In this document: piece after piece, positions 43,411 to 52,773 of the stretch
How positions within the stretch are numbered: position 1 is the first letter of the stretch
Layout: each line of letters starts with the position of its first letter
Assembly (NCBI GenBank): GCA_041659465.1
Contig: JBAZYD010000007.1
Location: forward strand, 5,670-69,669
Length of the DNA stretch: 64,000 nt
Source of the DNA: Candidatus Micrarchaeia archaeon
GTDB lineage: Archaea; Micrarchaeota; Micrarchaeia; Anstonellales; Anstonellaceae
Reading direction: 5' to 3'
Made by a program: the position numbers and the translations under genes
The notes under the pieces: model-generated
Seen by the model: only the letters and a program-made list of their open reading frames with translations
What the model was told of the DNA's origin: nothing
The model's database searches: none

Positions 43411-44241
43411 TCACTTTATGCGCAGCTTGCCGTGGCTTATGACGACTTTTTGCCCGGGAGAAAGGAGCCTGGCCATGTTCCTGAGCGTGAGCGGAACCGG
43501 CTTGTCGGTTGCAGCGCCCATCTTTTCCAGGGTTTTTTCGATTTTTGCCCTGAAGTCGGAGTACTTGGCGGCGTCCAGCTTCAAGTATGCCTCCAGCGGC
43601 TTGCGCATGGAATTCTCATAGCATTGCTCAATTATGGAATGGACAAAAAGCCGGGATGTGACGGCTTCCGAGTTGGAATGCTCCTTCAGTATGTCAAGTA
43701 TCAAACCTGCGTTCCCAGCCTTGAGCGCTGCGCTTACCTTGACCTGGTCCGTGTTCACAAGCCATTGGACGATGCAGTCTTTGAGCTCGTTCGAAGAAAG
43801 GAGGCGCTTGTCTGCCAATGCGAGGCGAAGGGGCTCGGCCCATCTCTCCTCAAAGCAGCCATATATCGCCATCATGGATAGCATTACCGGATAGTAAGCA
43901 GTCTCATATATCCCTTGCAATTCTCTTGCTTCTTCAGCCGCTTCCTTTATACATGGTGATTTCGAGCTTCTGCCCGACTTTAGCTCTTCAAAGCGTTTCA
44001 GGCCAGCGAGTGCGCCAAGGATGATATTCAGCACGCCGAAGGTATTCCTGGCCCCGACTGCTTTGTCAAGATGTGAGAGCTGGCTTCTCAGGCCAGGGTA
44101 TTGGTCAGGGCCTGTTTGTTCAATTTCATTCCGCCATTGCCCAAGGTCAGAGGGGCTAAGGAACGAGGTTCTGACAACCATCACCTGCCCGGGAGTGTAT
44201 GGGTTAATCTCATGCTCTATGCCGATATCAAAAAGGAACAT
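43411..44241 (-). CDS. Hypothetical protein next to tRNA-Leu
   Basis: ORF with start at MFLFDIGIEHE. GC looks lower than its neighbours by eye. No family recognised. Confidence 0.5.
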   Translation of the reverse strand: MFLFDIGIEHEINPYTPGQVMVVRTSFLSPSDLGQWRNEIEQTGPDQYPGLRSQLSHLDKAVGARNTFGVLNIILGALAGLKRFEELKSGRSSKSPCIKEAAEEARELQGIYETAYYPVMLSMMAIYGCFEERWAEPLRLALADKRLLSSNELKDCIVQWLVNTDQVKVSAALKAGNAGLILDILKEHSNSEAVTSRLFVHSIIEQCYENSMRKPLEAYLKLDAAKYSDFRAKIEKTLEKMGAATDKPVPLTLRNMARLLSPGQKVVISHGKLRIK

Positions 44242-44316
44242 TCTGCCACCTCTCCAGCCGTTTTCTGCCACAACGTGGTTATAAATGTTTCTTTGCCCTC
44301 GGCGATGCACGGTGTG

Positions 44317-45180
44317 CTAAAGCAGGCTCGCCGCATACCCCGCCAGCCCAACGCCAAGCGCGAGAAGGGACGCCTTGCGCAGCGAGATGAGGGTGGCTTG
44401 GTCTTTGCCGGATGCGCGCGCTGCCATGAATGCCATTGCAGCAAATGAGAATGCGGTGAGAAGCACTAAGCCCAGTGAGAGTATGTTTGCGCGAAGCCCG
44501 AAAGCAAAAGGCGCGAGCGAGAGGGGCACGAGCGCGGCGTAGAGGGCAGATGCGAGGAGAATTGCGTTTCTCTTGCCTATGACGACCGGAAGCGTGCGCG
44601 CGTTCCGGTGTTTCACGTCGCCTTCCATGTCCTCGGCGGACTTGATTATCTCGCGCCCAAGCCCAGCGACAAATGCCACGAGCGCGATTGCCAATATGTG
44701 CGGGTAGAGGATGGGCGCGACCACGAGGTTGCCGAAAAGGAAGGGGATTGCCATGGAGGCAGCGATGTACTTGTTGCCCACGAGGGGAAGCTCTTTCAGC
44801 TTGAAGTTGTAGGCGATTGAGAGCGCTGCGAATATGAGCGTGATGAAAAGCGCGGCTGGAGGGAGAGGGAGCGCGGCTGCGATGCCTATTATGTAGCAGG
44901 CTGCCGATGCCAGGAGCGCGCGCGAGGGGGAGATTTCACCTGATGCGATGGGCCTGTCTGCGCGTTTGTTCGCCTTGTCTGCCTTCACGTCAAAGTAGTC
45001 GTTGAGGGCGAATGAGCCCATTTCTATGAACACGGGAACTGCAAGGGAGCATAGAAGCAGTGGAAGCGCCGGAAGCGCGCCTGAGAGAAGCTCACCCAGA
45101 AGCACTGCCACGGCTAGCAGGAGCGCGTGCTCTATGCGAAAGAGGCGCGCGTATGATGAAATGGAAGGCATGGCAATCAC
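44317..45180 (-). CDS. UbiA-family prenyltransferase, probable DGGGP synthase
   Basis: NDYFDVKADKANKRADRPIASGEIS (NDxxDxxxD), about 8 TM, and a second Asp-rich region in GREIIKSAEDMEGD. Confidence 0.7.
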   Translation of the reverse strand: MIAMPSISSYARLFRIEHALLLAVAVLLGELLSGALPALPLLLCSLAVPVFIEMGSFALNDYFDVKADKANKRADRPIASGEISPSRALLASAACYIIGIAAALPLPPAALFITLIFAALSIAYNFKLKELPLVGNKYIAASMAIPFLFGNLVVAPILYPHILAIALVAFVAGLGREIIKSAEDMEGDVKHRNARTLPVVIGKRNAILLASALYAALVPLSLAPFAFGLRANILSLGLVLLTAFSFAAMAFMAARASGKDQATLISLRKASLLALGVGLAGYAASLL

Positions 45181-46757
45181 TTGCAGCCGATGCTATATAT
45201 GCTTAACTTCAGGCTTTTCTTCTCTTCAAGCTGCTTGGAGATGCGCGCGAGGAGCGCTTTTTTCACCTCGAGGTATTCTTCCTTGGGAAGCTCGCGGTTG
45301 CCCACGGCGTACTTCAGGTTCTTGGCATTGAAGCAGAAAAGGCAGTCGTGGCAGTTCTCGCAGTTGTGGCAGAAATAGCAGTCTGAGCAGGAAAGAGAGG
45401 CACTCACCTCGAGGCAGCGCGCGAGGTAGTTTGAGCTGTAGCATTTGAGGCAGAATTTCGAGTAGAACACGAGGTCCGAGCCGAAAATGCACTCCCCGTC
45501 GCGTATCCAAAAGTCATATGCGCAATTCTTCGAGGTCCAGTAAACCGAGCCTGCCCAGCAGTTCATGGTGCTTCCGTAGTCCACTGATTCGCCCACATTG
45601 AAGTTGTCCCCGCTTTTCGTTTCAGGCGTGAGGAAGGCAAGAGGCTCCAGGAGCTTTCCCATGTTGCCGATGCATAGCTTTTCCAGCTGCTCCTCGGAAA
45701 GCGACAGCTTGCCTGCCTCTTCGCATTCCTCAAGCAGTATGGAGCGGTGCGAGAGCTTGGGGGAGAAGAAAAGCGGGACAAGGTAAAGCGGCTTTCCGCT
45801 TGCTGCAGATGCAAAGCGCGAAGGCATGCGCACGTTCCTGGCAAGCCAGCTTTCGTAATCCGCGAGGTTGGAGAGCCTCCTGCCAAGGAGCAGTTGCGTG
45901 GTGGAGGAGAATGCCTCCTCTATCTGGCGCGGGAAGGGATGGTGCGCGAGGTCGAAGATGCTGTTGCCTTGCTTTGCCTGCGCCTGCTTTGGGGGCGCCT
46001 GCCTTGCAGGAAGGGAGGAAAAAAGCCCTATAATGCCCGGGATTTTCTTCTTTGAGGAAAGCTCGTCCCTTATCTGCGCAACGAGGCTGCTGCGGAGGGA
46101 GGCGTATTTTTCCTTTGAAAGCTGGCAGTTGCCTATGCAGAAGTTCCTGTTTTTCAGGTTGAATGAGAACATGCAGCTGGTGCAGCCCTCCAGGCTGGCG
46201 CAATAATAGCAGTCAGAGGAGTACATGGTGCGGATGCACTCAAAGCACCGCACAGGGCGGAATGCGTAAAAGGTCTTTATCAGGTGCGACGCCTCGCCCA
46301 GGAAGCCCGAGCCGAAGATGTGGTCGCAGCTGCGGGTGAGGAAGGAATATGCGACATACTTGCTGCCTGATACGTTGTGCGAGCGCTCCACAAAGTGCAC
46401 GTCGGAGCACTGGTCGCACTTGGCGCAGGCGGAGGAATTGCCAAGCACGATGTTGCCAGCATAGCATGCCTGCTCGGAAACAGCCTCCAATATGGAGTCC
46501 AGGTCGCGCATCTGCTTTTCTTCCAGCTTGAATGCGCCGGACGCATCCTTGCCCAAAAGCTCGTCGCAGGAGGCGAACCGCGCAGCCTTGCAGGCGCCGC
46601 GCATTGAAGTGTATACGTCAGAGCCTGAGAGGCACGAGGTTTTTTTCTCGGATAGCTCGCCGTGCCCGGACAAATAGCCTGAGCAGTCGGAAAGCTTCCC
46701 GATTTCGCCGCCCAAGAGCACCTTGCATGTGCTGCGCCATGCACCGTCAATGTCCAT
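45177..46757 (-). CDS. Internally duplicated Cys-rich protein, unknown function
   Basis: 526 aa. Two modules end in CYYCASLEGCTSCMFSFNLKNRNFCIGNCQLSKEKYASL and CYFCHNCENCHDCLFCFNAKNLKYAVGNRELPKEEYLEV. Overlaps the downstream prenyltransferase start by 4 nt. Confidence 0.7.
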   Translation of the reverse strand: MDIDGAWRSTCKVLLGGEIGKLSDCSGYLSGHGELSEKKTSCLSGSDVYTSMRGACKAARFASCDELLGKDASGAFKLEEKQMRDLDSILEAVSEQACYAGNIVLGNSSACAKCDQCSDVHFVERSHNVSGSKYVAYSFLTRSCDHIFGSGFLGEASHLIKTFYAFRPVRCFECIRTMYSSDCYYCASLEGCTSCMFSFNLKNRNFCIGNCQLSKEKYASLRSSLVAQIRDELSSKKKIPGIIGLFSSLPARQAPPKQAQAKQGNSIFDLAHHPFPRQIEEAFSSTTQLLLGRRLSNLADYESWLARNVRMPSRFASAASGKPLYLVPLFFSPKLSHRSILLEECEEAGKLSLSEEQLEKLCIGNMGKLLEPLAFLTPETKSGDNFNVGESVDYGSTMNCWAGSVYWTSKNCAYDFWIRDGECIFGSDLVFYSKFCLKCYSSNYLARCLEVSASLSCSDCYFCHNCENCHDCLFCFNAKNLKYAVGNRELPKEEYLEVKKALLARISKQLEEKKSLKLSIYSIGCK

Positions 46758-46927
46758 ATCCTCGCACCATAAAATGCTTGTGAATGGGGAGGTTTAAAAG
46801 GTGTATTTGCCTCTAATTCGCGGGAGAAAATATGGATATATTTCACATAGGTTTGCCCAGGACGTTCCTTGGGGTGAAAAATTCCGACAGGAATTTTTCA
46901 GAAGTGGAGCCCAGAGGCTCCACTAAG

Positions 46928-47755
46928 ATGCCGAATGACGAAAAAAGCGCGAGATACGTCGTGCTTTCCTCGCCCTACGAGGGAACGGTGTCATACGGCA
47001 CCGGCACAAAGAAAGGCCCTGCGGCGATAATAGAGGCATCGCGCCAGATCGAAACGTACGACATCGAGCTTGCGCGCGATTTTGCCGAATGCGGAATCTA
47101 CACCGCAGACGAGCTGGAAGTGAGCCATTCCTCGCCTGAGAAGAACTGCGGATACGTGCAGGAAGCTGTGAGCGCGGTGCTGGCTGAGGGAAAAGTGCCT
47201 GTATTGCTTGGCGGGGAACACTCAGTCTCTGTTGGCGCTTTCAATGCCATTGCCGCAAGGAAAGGCGCGGAAAACGTGTCGGTGCTTCATTTGGATGCGC
47301 ACGCGGACATGCGCCAGGAATACGAGGGAACTGCTTGCAACCATGCCTGCGCAATGAGAAGGTGCCGCGAGAAGCTGCATGCTGTTTCCGTCGGAGTGCG
47401 TAGCTATTCCGCGGAAGAGGCTGAGGAAATAAAGAAGAAAAAATGCGACATTTTCGGCGTGGAGTTTGACGAGGCGGCTGTGGTGAAGAAGCTCCGAAAG
47501 GATGTTTACATTACAATTGACCTGGATGCATTTGACCCGTCCGAATGCCCGGGCGTGGGAACGCCAGAGCCTGGCGGCATGAGGTGGAAGCAGGCACTTT
47601 CGCTTTTGAAGAAAGTGTGCGAGACGCGGCGCGTGGTTGGGTTTGACGTGGTGGAGCTTGCGCCTGTGCCAGGGCAGATTGTGTCTGACTTCCTGGCGGC
47701 AAGGCTGGTTTACAAGTTGATTTGTTACATCGAGGCGAGCAGGAAAGGGCAGTGA
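46928..47755 (+). CDS. speB: Agmatinase (arginase/ureohydrolase family)
   Basis: LGGEHSVS, LHLDAHADM, ITIDLDAFDPSECPGVGTPEPGG, DVVELAP (Mn ligand motifs). Confidence 0.85.
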   Translation: MPNDEKSARYVVLSSPYEGTVSYGTGTKKGPAAIIEASRQIETYDIELARDFAECGIYTADELEVSHSSPEKNCGYVQEAVSAVLAEGKVPVLLGGEHSVSVGAFNAIAARKGAENVSVLHLDAHADMRQEYEGTACNHACAMRRCREKLHAVSVGVRSYSAEEAEEIKKKKCDIFGVEFDEAAVVKKLRKDVYITIDLDAFDPSECPGVGTPEPGGMRWKQALSLLKKVCETRRVVGFDVVELAPVPGQIVSDFLAARLVYKLICYIEASRKGQ

Positions 47756-47760
47756 TTGGC

Positions 47761-49041
47761 ATGGCAGAAGAAGGGAAAACATCCGCAATATCAGGCTTTT
47801 ACAAGCTGTCGCGCAGTGAAAGGATTGCAAAGGTGGCGGAGATGGCAGGCTTGTCCGGCGAGCAGAAGAAGCAGCTTGCCTCGGACTCGCCGCTTGGCTT
47901 TGAAGTGGCGGGGCGGATGGCAGAGAACGCGCTTGGCTTGCACTCGCTTCCGCTTTGCGTGGCAACGAACTTTTTGGTGAACGGCCGCGAATTGCTGGTG
48001 CCCATGGCGATAGAGGAGCCATCTGTAGTTGCAGCCGCCAGCAATGGCGCCAAGCTTTGCAGGGACACTGGCGGGTTTTTCGCGGTTGCGGATGCGCCCG
48101 TCATGGTGGGGCAGGTCCAGATTGTTGCTTTGAAAGACGCTGGAAAGGCGGTGCGCGAGCTCAACTCCAAGAAAGCCGAGATAATCAGGGCGGCGGAGCC
48201 ATATGCTGCAGGCATTGCAAAATACGGCGGCGGCATAAGGGGATTTTCCGCGCGCACGCTGCCGACTGAGCGCGGCGAGATGGCGATTGCGGAGTTCGAC
48301 GTTGACGTGCGTGACTCCATGGGCGCAAACACCATAAACACCATACTTGAGGGCGTGGCGCCGAAGATAGAAGAGGTCTCCGGAGGGAAAGTGAGGCTTC
48401 GGATACTTTCCAACCTGGCCGTGAAGAGGCTGGTGAGGGCAAAAGCGGTGTGGAAGCGCGACACCATTGGCGCAGACGCGGTGGATGGCGTGCTGGACGG
48501 ATGGGCTTTTGCTGATGTTGACATTTTCAGGGCGTGCACGCACAACAAGGGCATAATGAACGGCATTGACGCGGTTGCAGTGGCAACTGGCAATGACTGG
48601 CGCGCGGTCGAGGCAGGGGCGCATGCATTTGCAGCTACAGGGGGAAGGTACCGCTCTCTCACGCGCTTTCGGAAGCTTCCGAACGGGGATTTGGAAGGGG
48701 AGATTGAGCTTCCAATGGCTGTTGGAACTGTGGGCGGCGCAACGCGCTCGCTTCCCTCGGCGCAGGCTGCGCTTGCAATATTGGGCGTGAAGACGTCGCA
48801 GGAGCTCGCATGCATAATTGCCGCTGTGGGCCTGGCGCAGAATTTTGCGGCGCTGCGCGCGCTTTCAGGAGAGGGAATACAGAAGGGGCACATGGCGCTC
48901 CATGCGAAAAATCTGGCGATTGCATCAGGCGCAACGGGAGAGGAGGCGGACAAGGTTGCATCGCTCATGATTTCTGAGAATGACATTTCTGCGAAAAAAG
49001 CGGCAGAGCTGCTATCAGGCATGAAGAAAGGGAAGAAGTAG
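47761..49041 (+). CDS. hmgA: HMG-CoA reductase (class II-like)
   Basis: SGFYKLSRSERI, MAIEEPSVVAAASNGAK, DSMGANTINT, THNKGIMNGIDAV, GTVGGAT. Confidence 0.9.
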   Translation: MAEEGKTSAISGFYKLSRSERIAKVAEMAGLSGEQKKQLASDSPLGFEVAGRMAENALGLHSLPLCVATNFLVNGRELLVPMAIEEPSVVAAASNGAKLCRDTGGFFAVADAPVMVGQVQIVALKDAGKAVRELNSKKAEIIRAAEPYAAGIAKYGGGIRGFSARTLPTERGEMAIAEFDVDVRDSMGANTINTILEGVAPKIEEVSGGKVRLRILSNLAVKRLVRAKAVWKRDTIGADAVDGVLDGWAFADVDIFRACTHNKGIMNGIDAVAVATGNDWRAVEAGAHAFAATGGRYRSLTRFRKLPNGDLEGEIELPMAVGTVGGATRSLPSAQAALAILGVKTSQELACIIAAVGLAQNFAALRALSGEGIQKGHMALHAKNLAIASGATGEEADKVASLMISENDISAKKAAELLSGMKKGKK

Positions 49042-49050
49042 GTGCTTTTG

Positions 49051-50844
49051 ATGAAATTTGATACCAAGGAAATTATCGCAATCCTGATTGTTTTTCTCCT
49101 GCCGCTGGGCTTGGGGCAGTTCGTGGCAAAGTCCACGCTTCCGGAATATGGCACGGCGGTGGCGATGATGCAGGCCGCATCGGGCGCAGCAGGCGGCGCG
49201 CCTTTGCATATTGCAGTGGCAGCTTCGCTTGAGAAAGCTTATGCGCCGCTCCTGGGAATGCCAGCCGCATCCGCACCTGCGATTGCCGGCTTCCTGCTCA
49301 TTTTCCCCCCGCTGCTCCTTGCATTAAGCTCGGTGCTGCTTTACCTTGCCTGCAGGCAGATGGCGTACAAGAAGACGCAGTCTGTGTTTGCAGTGGCGCT
49401 CTTTGCCCTTTGCGCAACAGTGGCGCTTCCCAACATGCCAGGCGTTTACGGGAGCGCACAGCTTGCCATGTTCCTTTTTGCCGCGTTTGCCGTGCCGTTT
49501 GCAGCGTTTGTCCATAAGCCTGGCAGGATGGAAATGCTTGGCGCAGCGGCGCTGACTGGCTTTTCCGCAGGCTATGTGAATGCTGCGTTTGCGCTTGCCG
49601 GCGTGGCGATGGTTGCGGCGTTTGCCTTTGCCCACCATGGCAAATTTCGCAGAAATTTGGCAGCGGTTGAGGGCGAAGCCCACAACACCGCTAAGAAAAG
49701 GGAGGAGAAGAACTATTTGGCGCTACTTGGCGCCCTCGCGCTCGTTTTCGCAGCGGCGGGCTTTTTGTCGCCGGACAAAACCCTGCTCGCTTTCTCCGCA
49801 GGCAGCCTGTCGCAGGTTGCCAGCGGCATGCCGTTCCTTTTTGCAGGGGCGGCAGTCTGCCTCGGGCTTTTCTTCTTCGGCACGCGCGATTCGGAGTATT
49901 TTGCGCTGATATTGCTCGCGCTGGCGCTTTCTGGCTTTTCGCCGCTTGCCGCCGCCATCCTCCTTGCCTTCCCGGTTGCAGAGGGCGCCACCAGGATGAT
50001 GGAGGACATTCCAAAGGGGGCAAAGCTCGCGGCGGTGTTCGCCTGCGCGTTCTTCGTGGTGTTCGGGCTCATGTACGGCGGCCTGGAAATCTACCCTGCG
50101 CTTGGCGCTGCTGCGATGCTTGGCGTGCTTGCGCCGCTCGTGCTCCATTTCTACGACTACAATGCGCGCGCGGTTTTCACGGTCATGGGCGCCTCGCTTT
50201 TGCTTTTCTCGCTTTTCTTCGCAGTGTTCATCCAGATGCCGCCGGCAAAGGCAGGCTACCCCGACTACACCGACCCTGCGCTGGTGCAGGCGCTGTCCTA
50301 CCTTTCGGAAAGCCATGCGCAGAAGCTGTCCACGCTTGAGAGGGTGGATGCGCTGGCGTTCTACCTGCCAGGGGTGTCGCGCACGCCCCCTGCTGATGTT
50401 GAGGGGATGCTGCTTTCCGGCAATGCAAGCGCGGAATCCGGCAGCTACCTCCTGCTTTCATTGCCCTCGCTTCAGGCGCTTTCGCAGAAAGGCGGGTTTG
50501 ACGTCTATTACTATGCGCAGAACTACACCAGCAACGGCGCCACCTATGCGCTCTTTGTCTCGCAGCAGGGAAGGCTGGTTTCGCGCGAGCTTGCAAGCAA
50601 CGGGAAATTCGCCCTCAAGGACGGCGCTGCGCTTGACGGCTACGGAAGGTATTATGCGCCGATTTCGCTTCCGCGCATGGTGATGCTCTCGGATTCAAAG
50701 CCCATAGGCAGCAAGTCGAACAGGATGCTCCTGCTGCCCGACGGCGGCGTGCCCCCGCGCGTGGCAGCCATATATTCGGGCAAGGATTCCGGCCTTGCGC
50801 TTGTGAAGGAAATCGGGGACGTTTCCCTCTACAAGGTGAACTGA
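49051..50844 (+). CDS. Large polytopic membrane protein with a C-terminal soluble domain, possible GT-C-type glycosyltransferase
   Basis: About 13 predicted TM then an about 190-aa soluble tail. First gene of the glycosylation cluster. GTG at 49042 is an alternative start. No WWDYG motif seen. Confidence 0.65.
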   Translation: MKFDTKEIIAILIVFLLPLGLGQFVAKSTLPEYGTAVAMMQAASGAAGGAPLHIAVAASLEKAYAPLLGMPAASAPAIAGFLLIFPPLLLALSSVLLYLACRQMAYKKTQSVFAVALFALCATVALPNMPGVYGSAQLAMFLFAAFAVPFAAFVHKPGRMEMLGAAALTGFSAGYVNAAFALAGVAMVAAFAFAHHGKFRRNLAAVEGEAHNTAKKREEKNYLALLGALALVFAAAGFLSPDKTLLAFSAGSLSQVASGMPFLFAGAAVCLGLFFFGTRDSEYFALILLALALSGFSPLAAAILLAFPVAEGATRMMEDIPKGAKLAAVFACAFFVVFGLMYGGLEIYPALGAAAMLGVLAPLVLHFYDYNARAVFTVMGASLLLFSLFFAVFIQMPPAKAGYPDYTDPALVQALSYLSESHAQKLSTLERVDALAFYLPGVSRTPPADVEGMLLSGNASAESGSYLLLSLPSLQALSQKGGFDVYYYAQNYTSNGATYALFVSQQGRLVSRELASNGKFALKDGAALDGYGRYYAPISLPRMVMLSDSKPIGSKSNRMLLLPDGGVPPRVAAIYSGKDSGLALVKEIGDVSLYKVN

Positions 50845-51836
50845 TGGCTGACCTTGCATTCCTTGCCGCGATACTTGCGACAGCTTTCTGCCTCACCTCA
50901 TTTGCCATGCCGGCAGTGGTCAGGAAGATGAAGGCTGCGGGGATTGTGGGGAACGACGTCAACAAGCCAGGGCGGCCTGAAGTTGCGGAAATGGGGGGGT
51001 TGGGCATCGTGATGGGCGTGATAGGCGCGCTCCTGCTTGCGATTGCAATGAACACGTTCCTTGGCTACTCGCTCAACCTCAACGAGATAATGGCCGCCAT
51101 GCTCACCATGGCGATAATAGCGCTCATCGGCATCTTCGACGACCTGTTCGACATGAGGAAGGACGTGAAGGCGCTGCTGCCCATGGTGGCAGCCCTGCCG
51201 CTCGTGGCATTGGCGGCTGCGGGAAGCACCTCGGTGGCGCTCCCGTTCATAGGCCCGTTCGACTTCGGCATATTCTACATCATCGTGCTCATCCCGCTTG
51301 GCGTGACGGTCGCAGCAAACCTGACGAACATGCTTGCTGGCTTCAACGGCATGGAAGCCGGCATGGGAAGCGTGATGTTTGCGTGCGTGGCGCTCCTTGC
51401 TGTGGCAAACGGCTCGACTGAGATGGGCCTGATTTCGGTTGCGATGCTTGGCGCGCTTCTTGCCTTCCTGCGCTTCAACTGGTACCCGGCAAAGGTGTTC
51501 ATAGGCGACATCGGCACGCTTCTTATCGGCGGCGCGCTTGCTGTCGCGGTGATACTGGGCAACCTGGAGTCGGCAGGCGCGATACTGGTGGTTCCCTACC
51601 TTCTTGACTTTGTGATAAAGGCGGCGAACCGCTTCCCAAGCAGGGAATGGTGGGGCGAGTGCGGCAAGGACGGCAAGCTCCGCCCGCTTGGCGGCCAGGT
51701 GCGCGGGCTTTGCCAGCTTGTGATGAAGCAGGCTGGTGGCATAAGCGAGAGGAGGCTGGTGCTGCTGTTCATCGCAGCGGAAGTGTTATTTGCCTTGCTT
51801 GCGATTTTCCTGTATGGAAGGGGCCTTTTCCCCTGA
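50844..51836 (+). CDS. aglH: UDP-GlcNAc:dolichyl-phosphate GlcNAc-1-P transferase (GT4, MraY/WecA/AglH family)
   Basis: GIFDDLFDMR, NLTNMLAGFNGMEAG, IGDIGTLLIGGALA. Confidence 0.85.
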   Translation: MADLAFLAAILATAFCLTSFAMPAVVRKMKAAGIVGNDVNKPGRPEVAEMGGLGIVMGVIGALLLAIAMNTFLGYSLNLNEIMAAMLTMAIIALIGIFDDLFDMRKDVKALLPMVAALPLVALAAAGSTSVALPFIGPFDFGIFYIIVLIPLGVTVAANLTNMLAGFNGMEAGMGSVMFACVALLAVANGSTEMGLISVAMLGALLAFLRFNWYPAKVFIGDIGTLLIGGALAVAVILGNLESAGAILVVPYLLDFVIKAANRFPSREWWGECGKDGKLRPLGGQVRGLCQLVMKQAGGISERRLVLLFIAAEVLFALLAIFLYGRGLFP

Positions 51837-51845
51837 GGCGATTAT

Positions 51846-52769
51846 GTGATTGTGGTGACCGGCGGCTCTGGCTTCATAGGCACGCACCTGTGCGGCAGGC
51901 TGCAGGAGGGCGGGTATGATGTAAGGATATTGGACATCTCCCCGCCAAAGGCAGGCGTCAAGGCCGAGTTCGTGCGCGCATCCGTGCTTGATGCCGCGCG
52001 CCTCACGAAGATGCTGGAGGGCGCGGAGGGGGTGGTGCACCTTGCGGCGCTTATCGACGTTGCGGCATCGGTTTCCGACCCGTTTTCCGACTTTTCGGTG
52101 AATGCAACGGGGACCATGAACGTGCTTGAGGCTGCAAGGCATGCGTGCGTGAAAAAAGTGGCATTTGCCTCCTCAGCGGCGGTGTATGGCGAGCCTGAGA
52201 GGCTGCCTGTGGACGAGGAGCACCCGACAAGGCCGCTCTCGCCTTATGGCGCATCAAAGCTTGCCGCAGAGAGGTATGTGCTCCTGTACGGCTCGCTTTA
52301 CGGCATGGAAACCACTGCGCTTAGGCTCTTCAACGTCTACGGGGAAGGGCAGAATGCTTCCAGCCCGTATTCCGGCGTGATAACGAAGTTCGCGGATGCC
52401 ATTTCCGAGGGCAGGCAGCCCATCATTTTCGGCGACGGCGAGCAGACGCGCGACTTCGTGCACGTGGACGACGTGTGCGAGGCGTTCGTGCGCGCCATCG
52501 ACGGCCAGGGGTGCGAAACGCCCCTGAACATCGCATCCGGCGTGGAGACCTCGGTGGCTGAGCTCCTTGAGACCATGTGCGGGATATGCGGCGCTGACTT
52601 CTCGCCCACCTACATGCCTGAGAGGCAGGGGGAGATAGCGCGCTCTGTTGCGGACATAAAGCTTGCGAGGAAGAGGATAGGCTACTCGCCGCGCATGGCG
52701 CTGTCGCAGGGGCTGCGCGAGATGCTTGAGGCAAAGACGGGGCCAAAGTCCATTTTTTCGCCCAAGTAG
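51846..52769 (+). CDS. NAD-dependent nucleotide-sugar epimerase (GalE-like SDR)
   Basis: VVTGGSGFIGTHL, ASSAAVYG, YGASKLAAE (YxxxK). GTG start. Confidence 0.85.
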   Translation: MIVVTGGSGFIGTHLCGRLQEGGYDVRILDISPPKAGVKAEFVRASVLDAARLTKMLEGAEGVVHLAALIDVAASVSDPFSDFSVNATGTMNVLEAARHACVKKVAFASSAAVYGEPERLPVDEEHPTRPLSPYGASKLAAERYVLLYGSLYGMETTALRLFNVYGEGQNASSPYSGVITKFADAISEGRQPIIFGDGEQTRDFVHVDDVCEAFVRAIDGQGCETPLNIASGVETSVAELLETMCGICGADFSPTYMPERQGEIARSVADIKLARKRIGYSPRMALSQGLREMLEAKTGPKSIFSPK

Positions 52770-52773
52770 GCAT

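Noticed and set aside
43219-43881. 220-aa plus-strand ORF
   Set aside because: It starts inside tRNA-Leu and continues antisense to the 43411-44241 gene.
47799-49154. 451-aa minus-strand ORF
   Set aside because: It is antisense to HMG-CoA reductase and its S/A/P-rich product is a shadow ORF.
49042-50844. Calling the 600-aa membrane protein AglB/STT3 oligosaccharyltransferase
   Set aside because: There is no WWDYG or DK/MI-type motif in the translation, so only a generic GT-C-like call is justified.
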